Shown: in pieces, positions 1 to 8,642 of the stretch
Numbering within the stretch: position 1 is the first letter of the stretch
How the letters are laid out: each line of letters opens with the position of its first letter
Origin: Acidobacteriota bacterium
GTDB taxonomy: Bacteria > Acidobacteriota > UBA6911 > RPQK01 > JAJDTT01
NCBI GenBank assembly: GCA_965209055.1
Contig: OZ242374.1
Span: 512,001 to 576,000 of the forward strand
Length of the DNA stretch: 64,000 nt
Reading direction: 5' to 3'
Position numbers and translations under genes: made by a program
The notes under the pieces: model-generated
What the model was told of the DNA's origin: nothing
Databases searched by the model: none
The model's input: the letters and a program-made list of their open reading frames with translations, nothing else

Positions 1-1
1 G

Positions 2-1381
2 CTGCACCTGACCAAATACCTGTGGTGCGGCCGCTGCCTCGACCCCGACCGGGATCCCGGCCCCTGCCTCGCCGCCGGGGACCCGGACCTGAGGGACGCC
101 AAGGTCACGGTCTGGGTGCGGGGAAACGACTGGAAACCCAATGGCTCGGAGTTGCTCTGGTGGAGCCAGGCTTACGTCAACGTGGAGATGGTGGACGATC
201 CCGGCTGGAGGGCGTCCAACTGGGCCTACACCGGGTTCCTGTTGACCGATTTCCTGATGGACGGCGAGTGGCACAGGGTGGACTACCGCCTCTGGAACGA
301 TACTTCGTACTGGAGCTACGGAGGAAACAATCCTACCCGGCAAGGGGGCGTCGCCCGGCGCTATGACTACGGCTCCATCGACCAGGTCCAGGGTCACCTC
401 AACGACGACTTCTTCCACCTGGCGGCGTTCATCGACGTGGAGAACCCGCCCTCGGGATCCATCGATTTCGACGAATTCCAATTGGTCTACCGCAACGAGT
501 CGCTGCTCTTCCCCGACAACGGAGGCCGGCTGGTCTCCTGGCCCCAGGACTCGCCGGACGATCCGGCGACGCTCACCGACGGCTGGCGCCACGGCTCCGG
601 CCGCATGTGGAAGAGCTCTCCCGACCCGGAAGCGCCCCAGGAGTTCGTTTACACCTTTGAACGGCACGTGACCATCGACGCGATCCAGCTCCACCAGAAC
701 CCGGAAGCGCCCGGCAAGGAGGTGGAGATCCTGGCCTCGGAGGACGGAGAAACCTATACGCCGATTCTCAGCCGGACCCTTCCCCGCAAGGGGGACCCGA
801 ATGCCAACTTCGCCTTCACCCTGGACCAGGGCCTGGCGACCCGGGCCGGGCACCTGAAGGTACGCCTCCTTTCGGGATATGAGGCCCGTCACTGGGGGCT
901 GGGCGAGATCGAGGTCTTCGGATCGGGGGCCGTCATGAGGACCGACGACGAACTCTACAACGTCAACACGGACATCGGCCGCCTGACGCCGGGGACCACC
1001 TATCACTACCGGCTGGCGGCAACGAACGCAGCAGGCACGGCCCATGGCGAGGACCGAACCTACACCCTGCCGGCCGGCCATCGTCCCCTGGTGAGGACCG
1101 GCGCGGCAAGCCGGGTCCAGGCACAGTCGGTCAAGGTGGAAGGACGGCTCAATCCCATGGGCGTGCGGACCCGGTTCCATTTCCAGTATGGGACCGATAC
1201 CGGTTACGGCCGGGAATCTTCCGCCGGCTATGCCGGGTTGCAGGTCACCCCCAGGTTGGTCTTTTCCGACCTCACGGATCTGGCGCCCGGGACCACCTAC
1301 CACTATCGCCTGGTGGGCGAAAACGAGCAGGGCGTCAGCTACGGAACCGACGCCACCTTCACCACCGCGCCGGCGAGATGA
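2..1381 (+). CDS. 5'-truncated secreted-type protein with a discoidin/F5-8-like domain and two fibronectin type III-like repeats
   Basis: The frame of ORF 116..1381 is open back to base 2 (LHLTKYLWCGRC...). Discoidin-like segment (EVEILASEDGETY...GLGEIEVFG) and two Fn3-like motifs LTPGTTYHYRL / LAPGTTYHYRL. Confidence 0.7.
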   Translation: MHLTKYLWCGRCLDPDRDPGPCLAAGDPDLRDAKVTVWVRGNDWKPNGSELLWWSQAYVNVEMVDDPGWRASNWAYTGFLLTDFLMDGEWHRVDYRLWNDTSYWSYGGNNPTRQGGVARRYDYGSIDQVQGHLNDDFFHLAAFIDVENPPSGSIDFDEFQLVYRNESLLFPDNGGRLVSWPQDSPDDPATLTDGWRHGSGRMWKSSPDPEAPQEFVYTFERHVTIDAIQLHQNPEAPGKEVEILASEDGETYTPILSRTLPRKGDPNANFAFTLDQGLATRAGHLKVRLLSGYEARHWGLGEIEVFGSGAVMRTDDELYNVNTDIGRLTPGTTYHYRLAATNAAGTAHGEDRTYTLPAGHRPLVRTGAASRVQAQSVKVEGRLNPMGVRTRFHFQYGTDTGYGRESSAGYAGLQVTPRLVFSDLTDLAPGTTYHYRLVGENEQGVSYGTDATFTTAPAR

Positions 1382-1413
1382 CGCGCCGCACGAACAACGC
1401 CAGGAGGACCTTC

Positions 1414-2544
1414 ATGAACGGACCCCTCGATTCCACCCGGAGAACCTTCCTGGGCCAGGCCGGGCTGGCGGCCACGCTCGGCGCCTGCTCGCAGCCCGCC
1501 CCGGTAAGGAAAGCAACCCCGTCGAACCGGCCTCGAATCCGCATCGGCACCCGCGTCAACGCCAATTGGATGAAGAGCGAGGACGACGTCGACCTTCGTT
1601 TCCTGAAACAGATCGGCGTCGACTACGTGGACATCGTCCTGAGCATGGTCGAGGGTTACAACGAGACCGGCAGCTTTACCCGGGACGCTTTCCGGCGGCT
1701 GACCGACCGGCTCCGGAGAATCGGACTTCGCATCGAACGGGCCAACTCCCTGGGCCCCCACTACCTGGACGCCCACCTGGGGCGGCCCGGCGGCCAGAAA
1801 CAAATCGACAACCTGAAGCGGATCGGAGAGATCCTGGCCGAGTTCGAGATTCCGGTTTACGGCATCCAGGCCTGCCAGGCGGCCCTGCACCTGGACTACC
1901 GGCGGACCGGCTGGACTCGCCCGCGCGGCCGGGGAGGCTACGAGTACTATTCCTTCGACCTGGAGAAGTCCAAGGCGGCGCCCGCTCCCAAGTATCGCGT
2001 CAGCTCGCAGCAACTCTGGGACGGCCTGCTGAACATTTACCGACAGGTCATCCCCGTCGTCGACGGGAGCCGCACCCGGGTCGCCATGCACGGCAACGAC
2101 CCCCCGCTTTACGAATACCTGGGAAACCCTCAGATTCTGTGCCGGTTCAAGGACTTCGACCGGCTGTTTTCGGAAGTCCCCAGTCCCAACAACGGGATCA
2201 CCTTCTGCGTCGGGACACGGTACGAATCCGGAGAGGACGTGCTCGAGGGCATCCGGCATTTCGGGAGCCAGGGAAAGCTGTTTCACGTCCATTTCCGGAA
2301 CGTTCGCGGGACCCTTCCGGCGAACGGCGGATACTCCGAGGTCGCCGTGGACGAAGGCGACATGGAAATGGAGATGGTGCTGAGCGCCCTGGCGGAGGTG
2401 GGCTACGACGGGGTCATCGACTACGACCACGCCATGGGAATCACGGGCGACGAGCCCCTGCCGAAGCAGTACGTCGCCTTCGCCGTGGGTTACATGAGGG
2501 GCCTGCTGCACAGCATTCCCGGACAACGGCGAGCCCGCTCCTGA
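1414..2544 (+). CDS. Mannonate dehydratase (UxuA)-like TIM-barrel protein with Tat signal and lipobox
   Basis: RBS caggagga before ATG 1414; TRRTFLG...LGAC; motifs AMHGNDPP, NNGITFCVG, FHVHFRNVRG, DEGD, DYDH typical of the UxuA family. Confidence 0.75.
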   Translation: MNGPLDSTRRTFLGQAGLAATLGACSQPAPVRKATPSNRPRIRIGTRVNANWMKSEDDVDLRFLKQIGVDYVDIVLSMVEGYNETGSFTRDAFRRLTDRLRRIGLRIERANSLGPHYLDAHLGRPGGQKQIDNLKRIGEILAEFEIPVYGIQACQAALHLDYRRTGWTRPRGRGGYEYYSFDLEKSKAAPAPKYRVSSQQLWDGLLNIYRQVIPVVDGSRTRVAMHGNDPPLYEYLGNPQILCRFKDFDRLFSEVPSPNNGITFCVGTRYESGEDVLEGIRHFGSQGKLFHVHFRNVRGTLPANGGYSEVAVDEGDMEMEMVLSALAEVGYDGVIDYDHAMGITGDEPLPKQYVAFAVGYMRGLLHSIPGQRRARS

Positions 2545-2569
2545 CCCGGAGGCGGTCTCATGCTCTGCC

Positions 2570-4006
2570 TCAGACCTCCTCCAGGATGGAGGCCGCCAGG
2601 TAGACGTGCCTCCCCTCTTCCCGCTGCCGGTTGAAGTAATAGGTCAGGAGGACCCGCCCGTCCTGCATCAGGGCGCCTTGGGGATAACCCAGATCGCGCA
2701 TGAATCCGTCATCCCGCACCACCAGTTCCTCGGCCTCGTCGATATGCCTGCACTCCGGGTCCAGCAGGCGCGCCCGGACGCCGAAGGGCTCTTGGCGGTA
2801 TCCGTAGGCCAGGAGGATCCGTCCGCTGGGCAGCGCCGTGGCCCAATAGGGATAACCCCAGAGCCGATGGCGCACCGGCGCGCTCCAGGTCCTCCCGCCG
2901 TCGTCGGAGGACGCCGTCACCAGACGGCCGGCCGGATTCACGTCCCCGCCCCAATTCTCACGCTGGCGCTCGGTGGCGCCGGCGTGAATCCGGATGAAAG
3001 CCACCAACCTGCCCGAGGCCGTCTCCTGGACGAAGGTCTCGTTGTAGGCGACGGCGCCGTCGACCAAGCCGCCGGAAGGCAACTGCAACGGGTCCGAGGG
3101 TCCCGCGATTTCTCCAACGAACGACCAGCTCTTGCCCATGTCCGGCGATTCCATCAGGGCCGCACGCCATGGATTGGGATAGGAATACACGGGAAGAACG
3201 AGCCGTCCACTGTGGAGCTGGATCACGGGACTCCTGAGGTTCGCGGGTGAAGGAGCCCCCGGCAGCAGGGAGGGAACGCCGTCGATGGGAGAGACCCAGT
3301 AGCGGGGACTCCAGGTTCGACCTCGATCCAGGGATCGCCTCACGCTGACGCCCGAGATCACGGCGTAGATTCCCAGTTCCTCGGCGCTGTAGGACAGGCG
3401 ATAGCGTCCGGCGCCGCCTGGAACCCTTTCCTGGGGCAAGGCTCGAACCCGCTCATAGGAGGCCCTGGTGACGGTCTCCATGACCGCGGTGCAGTAGAGG
3501 ACCGAACCGTCCGCGAGCAGGGTCAGATTGACGTTGTGGACGCCCCCGTAGTCGACGGGGACGGGAGTTCCCCAGGTTTGTCCGCCGTCACGGGAACTGA
3601 CGACGAAATTCTCCGTTTCGATGTGAGTGTGCTTGCGGGCGGCGGCGGGATGCCGGCGGAAAGCCAGAAGGATCTCGCCGTCCGGAAAGATGACCGGAGA
3701 GGGTCCCGGACCATAGTAATAGCGGGGATCCTTCCGAATATCGAAATCCCGCACCTTCTCCAGTCGGCCGGAGCCGGTTGGAGCACTTCCCAGCGCAGTC
3801 TGGGGAAACGCAGAGCCCGGTGCCCAAACGAGGGCGGCGGCCAGCCGCCACGTGTCTCTGAAGAAAGTTCGCCTGTTCCCTAATGACGACTCCGGCGCCG
3901 GCTGGCTTGCCGAGGGCCTCGCAGGGGTGGAACGGCTCGAAAGCTCGATCGATTGACCCGACGGGACGGAGGCTTCAAGCGGTAGCGAAGCAGTAGTACA
4001 GCGCAT
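2570..4006 (-). CDS. Sialidase-like BNR/Asp-box beta-propeller protein, probably Tat-exported (true start uncertain, likely downstream of 4006)
   Basis: Asp-boxes SRDGGQTW, SLDRGRTW, SPDMGKSW, SDDGGRTW; C-terminal YGYR...DLGYP; NRRTFF twin-arginine motif. Confidence 0.75.
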   Translation of the reverse strand: MRCTTASLPLEASVPSGQSIELSSRSTPARPSASQPAPESSLGNRRTFFRDTWRLAAALVWAPGSAFPQTALGSAPTGSGRLEKVRDFDIRKDPRYYYGPGPSPVIFPDGEILLAFRRHPAAARKHTHIETENFVVSSRDGGQTWGTPVPVDYGGVHNVNLTLLADGSVLYCTAVMETVTRASYERVRALPQERVPGGAGRYRLSYSAEELGIYAVISGVSVRRSLDRGRTWSPRYWVSPIDGVPSLLPGAPSPANLRSPVIQLHSGRLVLPVYSYPNPWRAALMESPDMGKSWSFVGEIAGPSDPLQLPSGGLVDGAVAYNETFVQETASGRLVAFIRIHAGATERQRENWGGDVNPAGRLVTASSDDGGRTWSAPVRHRLWGYPYWATALPSGRILLAYGYRQEPFGVRARLLDPECRHIDEAEELVVRDDGFMRDLGYPQGALMQDGRVLLTYYFNRQREEGRHVYLAASILEEV

Positions 4007-4634
4007 CGCCTCCGGTACCCTGCAGGTTCTCCTGGCTGCAGCCCCGGGAACCGTGTGCCGAGTTCCAGGAGGAGGGATTCTGGCCCCCGCCGGTGCCGTC
4101 GTGATGGCCGACCTGGGCGCTTCCTTCGCCGTGGCTGGTCCAGTTCCCGCAGGTGGTGTCCTTGCCGGCCGGGAAGGCCGTGCCGTCCAACTGGGAACCG
4201 GTCAGGATATCGTGCCGGTTGGGACTGTCCCCACGTCCGTTGACCATCAACCCCAACTCGTTCAGTTGCGTTTCCTTGGTGAGGTTGTTGTTGTCCGAGT
4301 GCAGATCGTCGACGTCCCGGGCGACCTGGACGCCCTTGGCGTTGTGCCAGGGCCCGCTGCCGATCCGGTCCCGGGCGTTGACGGCCGCCTCGCCATCCGA
4401 CGCCGTCGCGCTCAGGTACGCACGCCAGGTCTTGTCGCCGACGCCGACGGCCCGTGCCAGCATCCGGCAGCGCTGGTCGGCTCCGGCAAGTCCGCCCAGA
4501 TCGGCACCGTTCCCGGCGCCGGAGCTGACGATGAAGAAACTCATCTTGGGATCCGCATTCTGAGCCGATACCGGGAACGAGGCGAGAGCGCCCACCAGGA
4601 ATGCGGCAAGGAACAGGGGGCCTGTCTTGTTCAT
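3975..4634 (-). CDS. Secreted lectin-like (C-type lectin fold-like) protein
   Basis: Signal peptide MNKTGPLFLAAFLVGALASFPVSA; motifs MSFF.SS, DLGGLAGADQRC, TWRAYLS, HDILTGS, TCGNWTS, WNSAHGSRGC, YCFA. Confidence 0.75.
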   Translation of the reverse strand: MNKTGPLFLAAFLVGALASFPVSAQNADPKMSFFIVSSGAGNGADLGGLAGADQRCRMLARAVGVGDKTWRAYLSATASDGEAAVNARDRIGSGPWHNAKGVQVARDVDDLHSDNNNLTKETQLNELGLMVNGRGDSPNRHDILTGSQLDGTAFPAGKDTTCGNWTSHGEGSAQVGHHDGTGGGQNPSSWNSAHGSRGCSQENLQGTGGDALYYCFATA

Positions 4635-4924
4635 CACTGTTCTCCTGCGATTGGGGACCGGAAGCGTTGGGGAATGGTACCACTTTGCCGTTCGCACCGG
4701 CGCCCACGATCACGATCCGGTCAACACCGGAGAGGACTCCTGAGATCTTCTTTCTGGTGGCACTCGAAAAACTGGCACACTATGGGGTCCTTCTTGCGGC
4801 AGTCGTTGAAGCGGGTCCGGAACACGAGCGATTTTGGGTCGCGGCTACGCAGGATCAAGTCATGTGCAGGCTCCTCATCCAAGGAGCGTATAATGGAACG
4901 AAGATAGAAAAAGGCGGTGCGGCC

Positions 4925-5149
4925 ATGACCCTCAAAGAACTCGAAACCGAAGCGCTCCGGCTGAATCCGGCCTCCCGCGCCAGACTGGCCAAGAAACTGT
5001 TGAACAGCCTCGACGCTCTCTCTGAGGCTGAGGTCGAACGCCTGTGGGTGGAAGAAGCGGAACGAAGGAACGACCAGATAGAACGAGGAGTTGTTGAGGC
5101 GAGACGCGCGGAAGATGTGATCCTGGACGCCAGGGCGCGGCTGGGGTGA
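4925..5149 (+). CDS. Addiction-module antitoxin (putative addiction module component family)
   Basis: 74 aa MTLKELETEALRL...RARLAKKLLNSL...W.EEAERR; GTGA overlap with a ParE-like ORF. Confidence 0.8.
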   Translation: MTLKELETEALRLNPASRARLAKKLLNSLDALSEAEVERLWVEEAERRNDQIERGVVEARRAEDVILDARARLG

Positions 5150-5481
5150 ACCGCCGGGTTGTTTTCCACCCCGAAGCTGAGGAAGAGTTGCATCGTGCCA
5201 CAAGCTACTACGAGGCCGAGAGCCCAGGTATAGGACAAGCTCTCCTTGAAGATATCGAGCTGGCAATCGCTCAAATCAGTCAAAATCGAGAGCGTTTCCG
5301 TGGACAGGCCATGCCAAGAGTCGTCACGGCATTCGGCCGGTTCTGTAATCCGGCTGACTCGGTCGCTCCTCGTTCACAAAGGGTCGAACAGGTCTACTCG
5401 TCACGCCTTGTCCGGCCGACGTACGTAGCCCCGCCTCAGTTCTACATGGGACTTTTTCCCCAGATTGTTGAAGTGAGGTGA
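5146..5481 (+). pseudogene. ParE/RelE-like toxin, apparently truncated after about 50 aa
   Basis: N-terminus VVFHPEAEEEL..A..YYE.ESPG.G..L...I..AI..I is ParE-like; the usual C-terminal R...FPY.I.Y...I.AV.H..R segment is missing. Confidence 0.6.
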
Positions 5482-5533
5482 CTAGAGAGGATAATGTCCC
5501 TCGCAACGTTTCCGAACCAGAGGAGGAAAGACG

Positions 5534-6691
5534 ATGACAAGTCGGCGAGTGGATCTGGTTGCAGTCCTGGTATTGGCCCTTGGGTGGATGTTCGCTCCAT
5601 TGCCCCGGCATCTGCTGGCGCAGGATTCCGGACAGTACCATCCCATTGACGGCGCGGTGATCTACGATCACGACCCGTCCACCAAGGTGGGCGATGACAT
5701 CTTCGGCAACGTCATCGCGGATTTCGAGAACGATGCGCCCGGGCGATGCTCCCACGGAGGTCCGGTGTGCATGGAATACCCCAACGGCGACATCGTTGCC
5801 TTCTACGCCAACACCAGCGACCACAACCTGGACGGTTGGAGCGAGTACGCCGTCAGCCGGAACCGGGGCAAGACCTGGGACCGGTACAACAAGCTCCCAT
5901 ACTCCTTCGAGGCCTACGCCCGGGATCAGAAGCATCCGGTCTGGGTCGAGGAGGGTCTGGTCACGGAGCAAGGCACCATTGTCCTGTTTCTGACCCAATT
6001 CCGGGTCCGCTCCGAAGAAACCCGGATCAAGCTGGGGACGATCCGAAGCTACGACAATGGGGGCACGTGGTCCGATTACGAAACCCTGGACGGCAAATTC
6101 GTCGGCTATCCCTGCTCCACGGCGGTGGTGGGAGAGACCAACTACGTCATGGTCGACAGCCATGGGGGTCCCCACGTCCTCTACGTCAGCCAGAACGATG
6201 GGCGCACATGGAGCAGGAGAAGCGCCATGTCGTTGGACGATGAGGCATGGTACGGAACCATGACCATTATGGAGGATGGCCGGTTGCTGGCTGGGGCCTA
6301 TAAGTCAGCCGACGAGGATCACTTCTACTACTGCATCAGCAAGGACCAGGGGCATACCTGGAGTCCCCAGAAGAAAGCCTTCCTGGACAAGATGATTCGC
6401 GATCCCGAGCTCGCCTACCTCGGCGGCAAGTACTATCTGCACGGCAGATCGGGACACTACAGCGAGGGGAGCCGCCGCTATGTCCTCTACCAGTCGGACG
6501 ACGGTGTCAATTGGGGGGAAGGGATCATCGTCAGCGGCGACGAGGGGCATCCCGACGGTTACGGGCAGAACTGCGTCATCAACACCTACGACGATTCGGT
6601 CCCGGATGAGCTGATGGTGATCTACAGCATCATCTACCGGGGACGCGACACCAACGAATACGTATTCTTCATCCGGCCGGACGAGAACTGA
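5534..6691 (+). CDS. Secreted sialidase-like BNR repeat protein
   Basis: Strong RBS gaggagg; signal peptide; Asp-boxes SRNRGKTW, SYDNGGTW, SQNDGRTW, SKDQGHTW, SDDGVNW. Confidence 0.8.
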   Translation: MTSRRVDLVAVLVLALGWMFAPLPRHLLAQDSGQYHPIDGAVIYDHDPSTKVGDDIFGNVIADFENDAPGRCSHGGPVCMEYPNGDIVAFYANTSDHNLDGWSEYAVSRNRGKTWDRYNKLPYSFEAYARDQKHPVWVEEGLVTEQGTIVLFLTQFRVRSEETRIKLGTIRSYDNGGTWSDYETLDGKFVGYPCSTAVVGETNYVMVDSHGGPHVLYVSQNDGRTWSRRSAMSLDDEAWYGTMTIMEDGRLLAGAYKSADEDHFYYCISKDQGHTWSPQKKAFLDKMIRDPELAYLGGKYYLHGRSGHYSEGSRRYVLYQSDDGVNWGEGIIVSGDEGHPDGYGQNCVINTYDDSVPDELMVIYSIIYRGRDTNEYVFFIRPDEN

Positions 6692-6753
6692 CGGAGAGCC
6701 GGGTCCCCCCCGGTGTGGGGTCGAGGAGAGGCGCGGCGGCGGCAAGCGGGTGG

Positions 6754-6775
6754 GAGCCGCTGATCCCGGCGGCTC
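6754..6775. terminator. GC-rich hairpin between convergent genes, possible terminator
   Basis: gagccgc-tgatcccg-gcggctc, a perfect 7-bp stem between the stops of 5534..6691(+) and 6800..7681(-); no long U tract. Confidence 0.4.
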
Positions 6776-6799
6776 TTCAAGACGCGCGTGAAACTGGCG

Positions 6800-7681
6800 T
6801 CAGGCCAGGTACTCCTTGGCGATCTTGGCCGCCACCGTCCCGATGGCGTAGTAACCGACCGAGATCCGGCCCACGTGGGTCAGCAGATCGTAAGCCTTCC
6901 AGCGGTTCCAGCCATATTCCTCCTCCATCCAGAGGATGAGCCAGGCGTAGGCCTGAGCCGTGGCCCGTTCCATGGGACAGCCGGTGGCCACGGTCATGAT
7001 CTCTTCCGCCGACTCGATCCGGGGTCCGGGAATGGTCTTTTCGCGGATCAGGTCCACGGTGATGATCGTCTCCGAAGGCATTTCGAGCCCGCTGGCCGAG
7101 AGCTCGCCATGGCCCATGGCGGCGTGGGCATCTCCCAGATAGAGGTAGGCGCCCGGAACGTAGACCGGGAGATAGACGGTGCTGCCGGGACCGGTCTCGA
7201 TGATGTCCATGTTGCCCCCGTGGGGTCCTGCGGGACCCGTGGTGGGCACTCCCATGTCCGGAGCCGTCCCGATGCAACCCAGCATGGGCCGATACGGAAT
7301 CGTGATCTCGTCGCTCCAATAGATCTTTCCGTCCCGGATGGGGCAGACGTGGGTGCCGTGGGGACAGTCCGTGCCGATCCACTCGGCAAGCTGCTTGGGA
7401 TCGCTGGTCCGGGTGGCGCATTGGCCGATACTGGGGCGAATCTCGTGGATATGGACGGCCAGCGCATCTCCGGGTCGCGCCCCGTTCACGTAGATGGGAC
7501 CGGTCTGCGGGTTGCCGAAAGGCATCGCCTTCCGGTCGCGGCGATCCTCGTTGGTCCGCACCTGCCCCGAGAAGGCGTCTTCAGCCTCGACCAGCACCTT
7601 CTCTCCAGGCTCGATCCGCAGACGCACTTCATTGTGCCGGCTGTATTCGTAGTAGAGAGGACCCTGGGAAAGTCTGTGCAT
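6800..7681 (-). CDS. Acetamidase/formamidase family protein
   Basis: NPQTGPIYVNGARPGDAL, PMLGCIGTAP, GGNMD, LPVYVPGA.L.LGDAHAAMGHGE. Confidence 0.9.
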   Translation of the reverse strand: MHRLSQGPLYYEYSRHNEVRLRIEPGEKVLVEAEDAFSGQVRTNEDRRDRKAMPFGNPQTGPIYVNGARPGDALAVHIHEIRPSIGQCATRTSDPKQLAEWIGTDCPHGTHVCPIRDGKIYWSDEITIPYRPMLGCIGTAPDMGVPTTGPAGPHGGNMDIIETGPGSTVYLPVYVPGAYLYLGDAHAAMGHGELSASGLEMPSETIITVDLIREKTIPGPRIESAEEIMTVATGCPMERATAQAYAWLILWMEEEYGWNRWKAYDLLTHVGRISVGYYAIGTVAAKIAKEYLA

Positions 7682-7817
7682 GGCTCACCTCACACTCCTG
7701 TGATGGAATCGATCGCCGAGAGTCTATCAGCCCGAATCCGTGCCCGCCGGGACGTTCCCCGGACTTCGACGCGGTGTATAATCTGCCCTCTGATTCACCA
7801 ACCGTCCCGACAGGAGA

Positions 7818-8561
7818 ATGACCATGACCTCCATCAGCGCCCGCGCGGCAGCTCTGAAAAAACGCATCCACGCAGGCGAAATCATTATCGGCGCGTACGC
7901 TCCACCCACGGCCGGGGACGAGATGCTCCGTCCCATCGCCGAGACCGGCTCCTACGATTTCCTGTGGGTCGACAGCCAGCATGACGCCTACAACGAGTCG
8001 AATCTGATCCGGGTTTGCGCCGTCGCGGCCGAGCTGGACATGCCGGTGCAGTTCCGAATCAAGCACACACGGCATACCTACCTGATCGGTAACGTCCTGG
8101 ACCTGGGTCCGGCCGGCATCGAGGTGCCGCAGGTCGAGACCGTGGAGACTGTTCGCGAAGCCGTGGACAACTTCTATTACGCCCCGGACGGTGTCCGCAG
8201 TTGGGGCGGCGTTCACCGGCTGAACTTCAATCCCGAGGACGATCACCGGGAGTACCGGCGCTGGTGGGGAGAGACGGGTGTCCTCTGGATGCAGCTCGAG
8301 TCGGTGGCGGCCGTGACTGCCTCCCGGCAATTGGCTCAACCGGGCGTGGATTGCCTCTCCTTCGGGCCCATGGACCTGACCTTCAGCCTGGAGAGCCACC
8401 CCCACCACCCGTTCAAGAGCGTCGACGACTGTGTCCGGCACACCTGCGAGCAGCTTCGCGGAACCGGCACCAAGGTCCTCTTCCGCAACTACACGCCCGA
8501 AACCCGCCAGAAATACCTGGACATGGGGGTCACCGTCCTTCTGGAGAGGGCTCAGGTATAG
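7818..8561 (+). CDS. HpcH/HpaI aldolase family protein
   Basis: DFLWVDSQH, LDLGPAGIEVPQVET, YYAPDGVRSWG, MQLES, GVDCLSFGPMDL. Confidence 0.85.
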   Translation: MTMTSISARAAALKKRIHAGEIIIGAYAPPTAGDEMLRPIAETGSYDFLWVDSQHDAYNESNLIRVCAVAAELDMPVQFRIKHTRHTYLIGNVLDLGPAGIEVPQVETVETVREAVDNFYYAPDGVRSWGGVHRLNFNPEDDHREYRRWWGETGVLWMQLESVAAVTASRQLAQPGVDCLSFGPMDLTFSLESHPHHPFKSVDDCVRHTCEQLRGTGTKVLFRNYTPETRQKYLDMGVTVLLERAQV

Positions 8562-8642
8562 GAGCCGGAGGCCGCCCGGTCCGGAGCGTCATGTCCGGAC
8601 GGGTGTCCCGGCGAAGACCAGGGCCGCCGGTCCATTCCGCCG

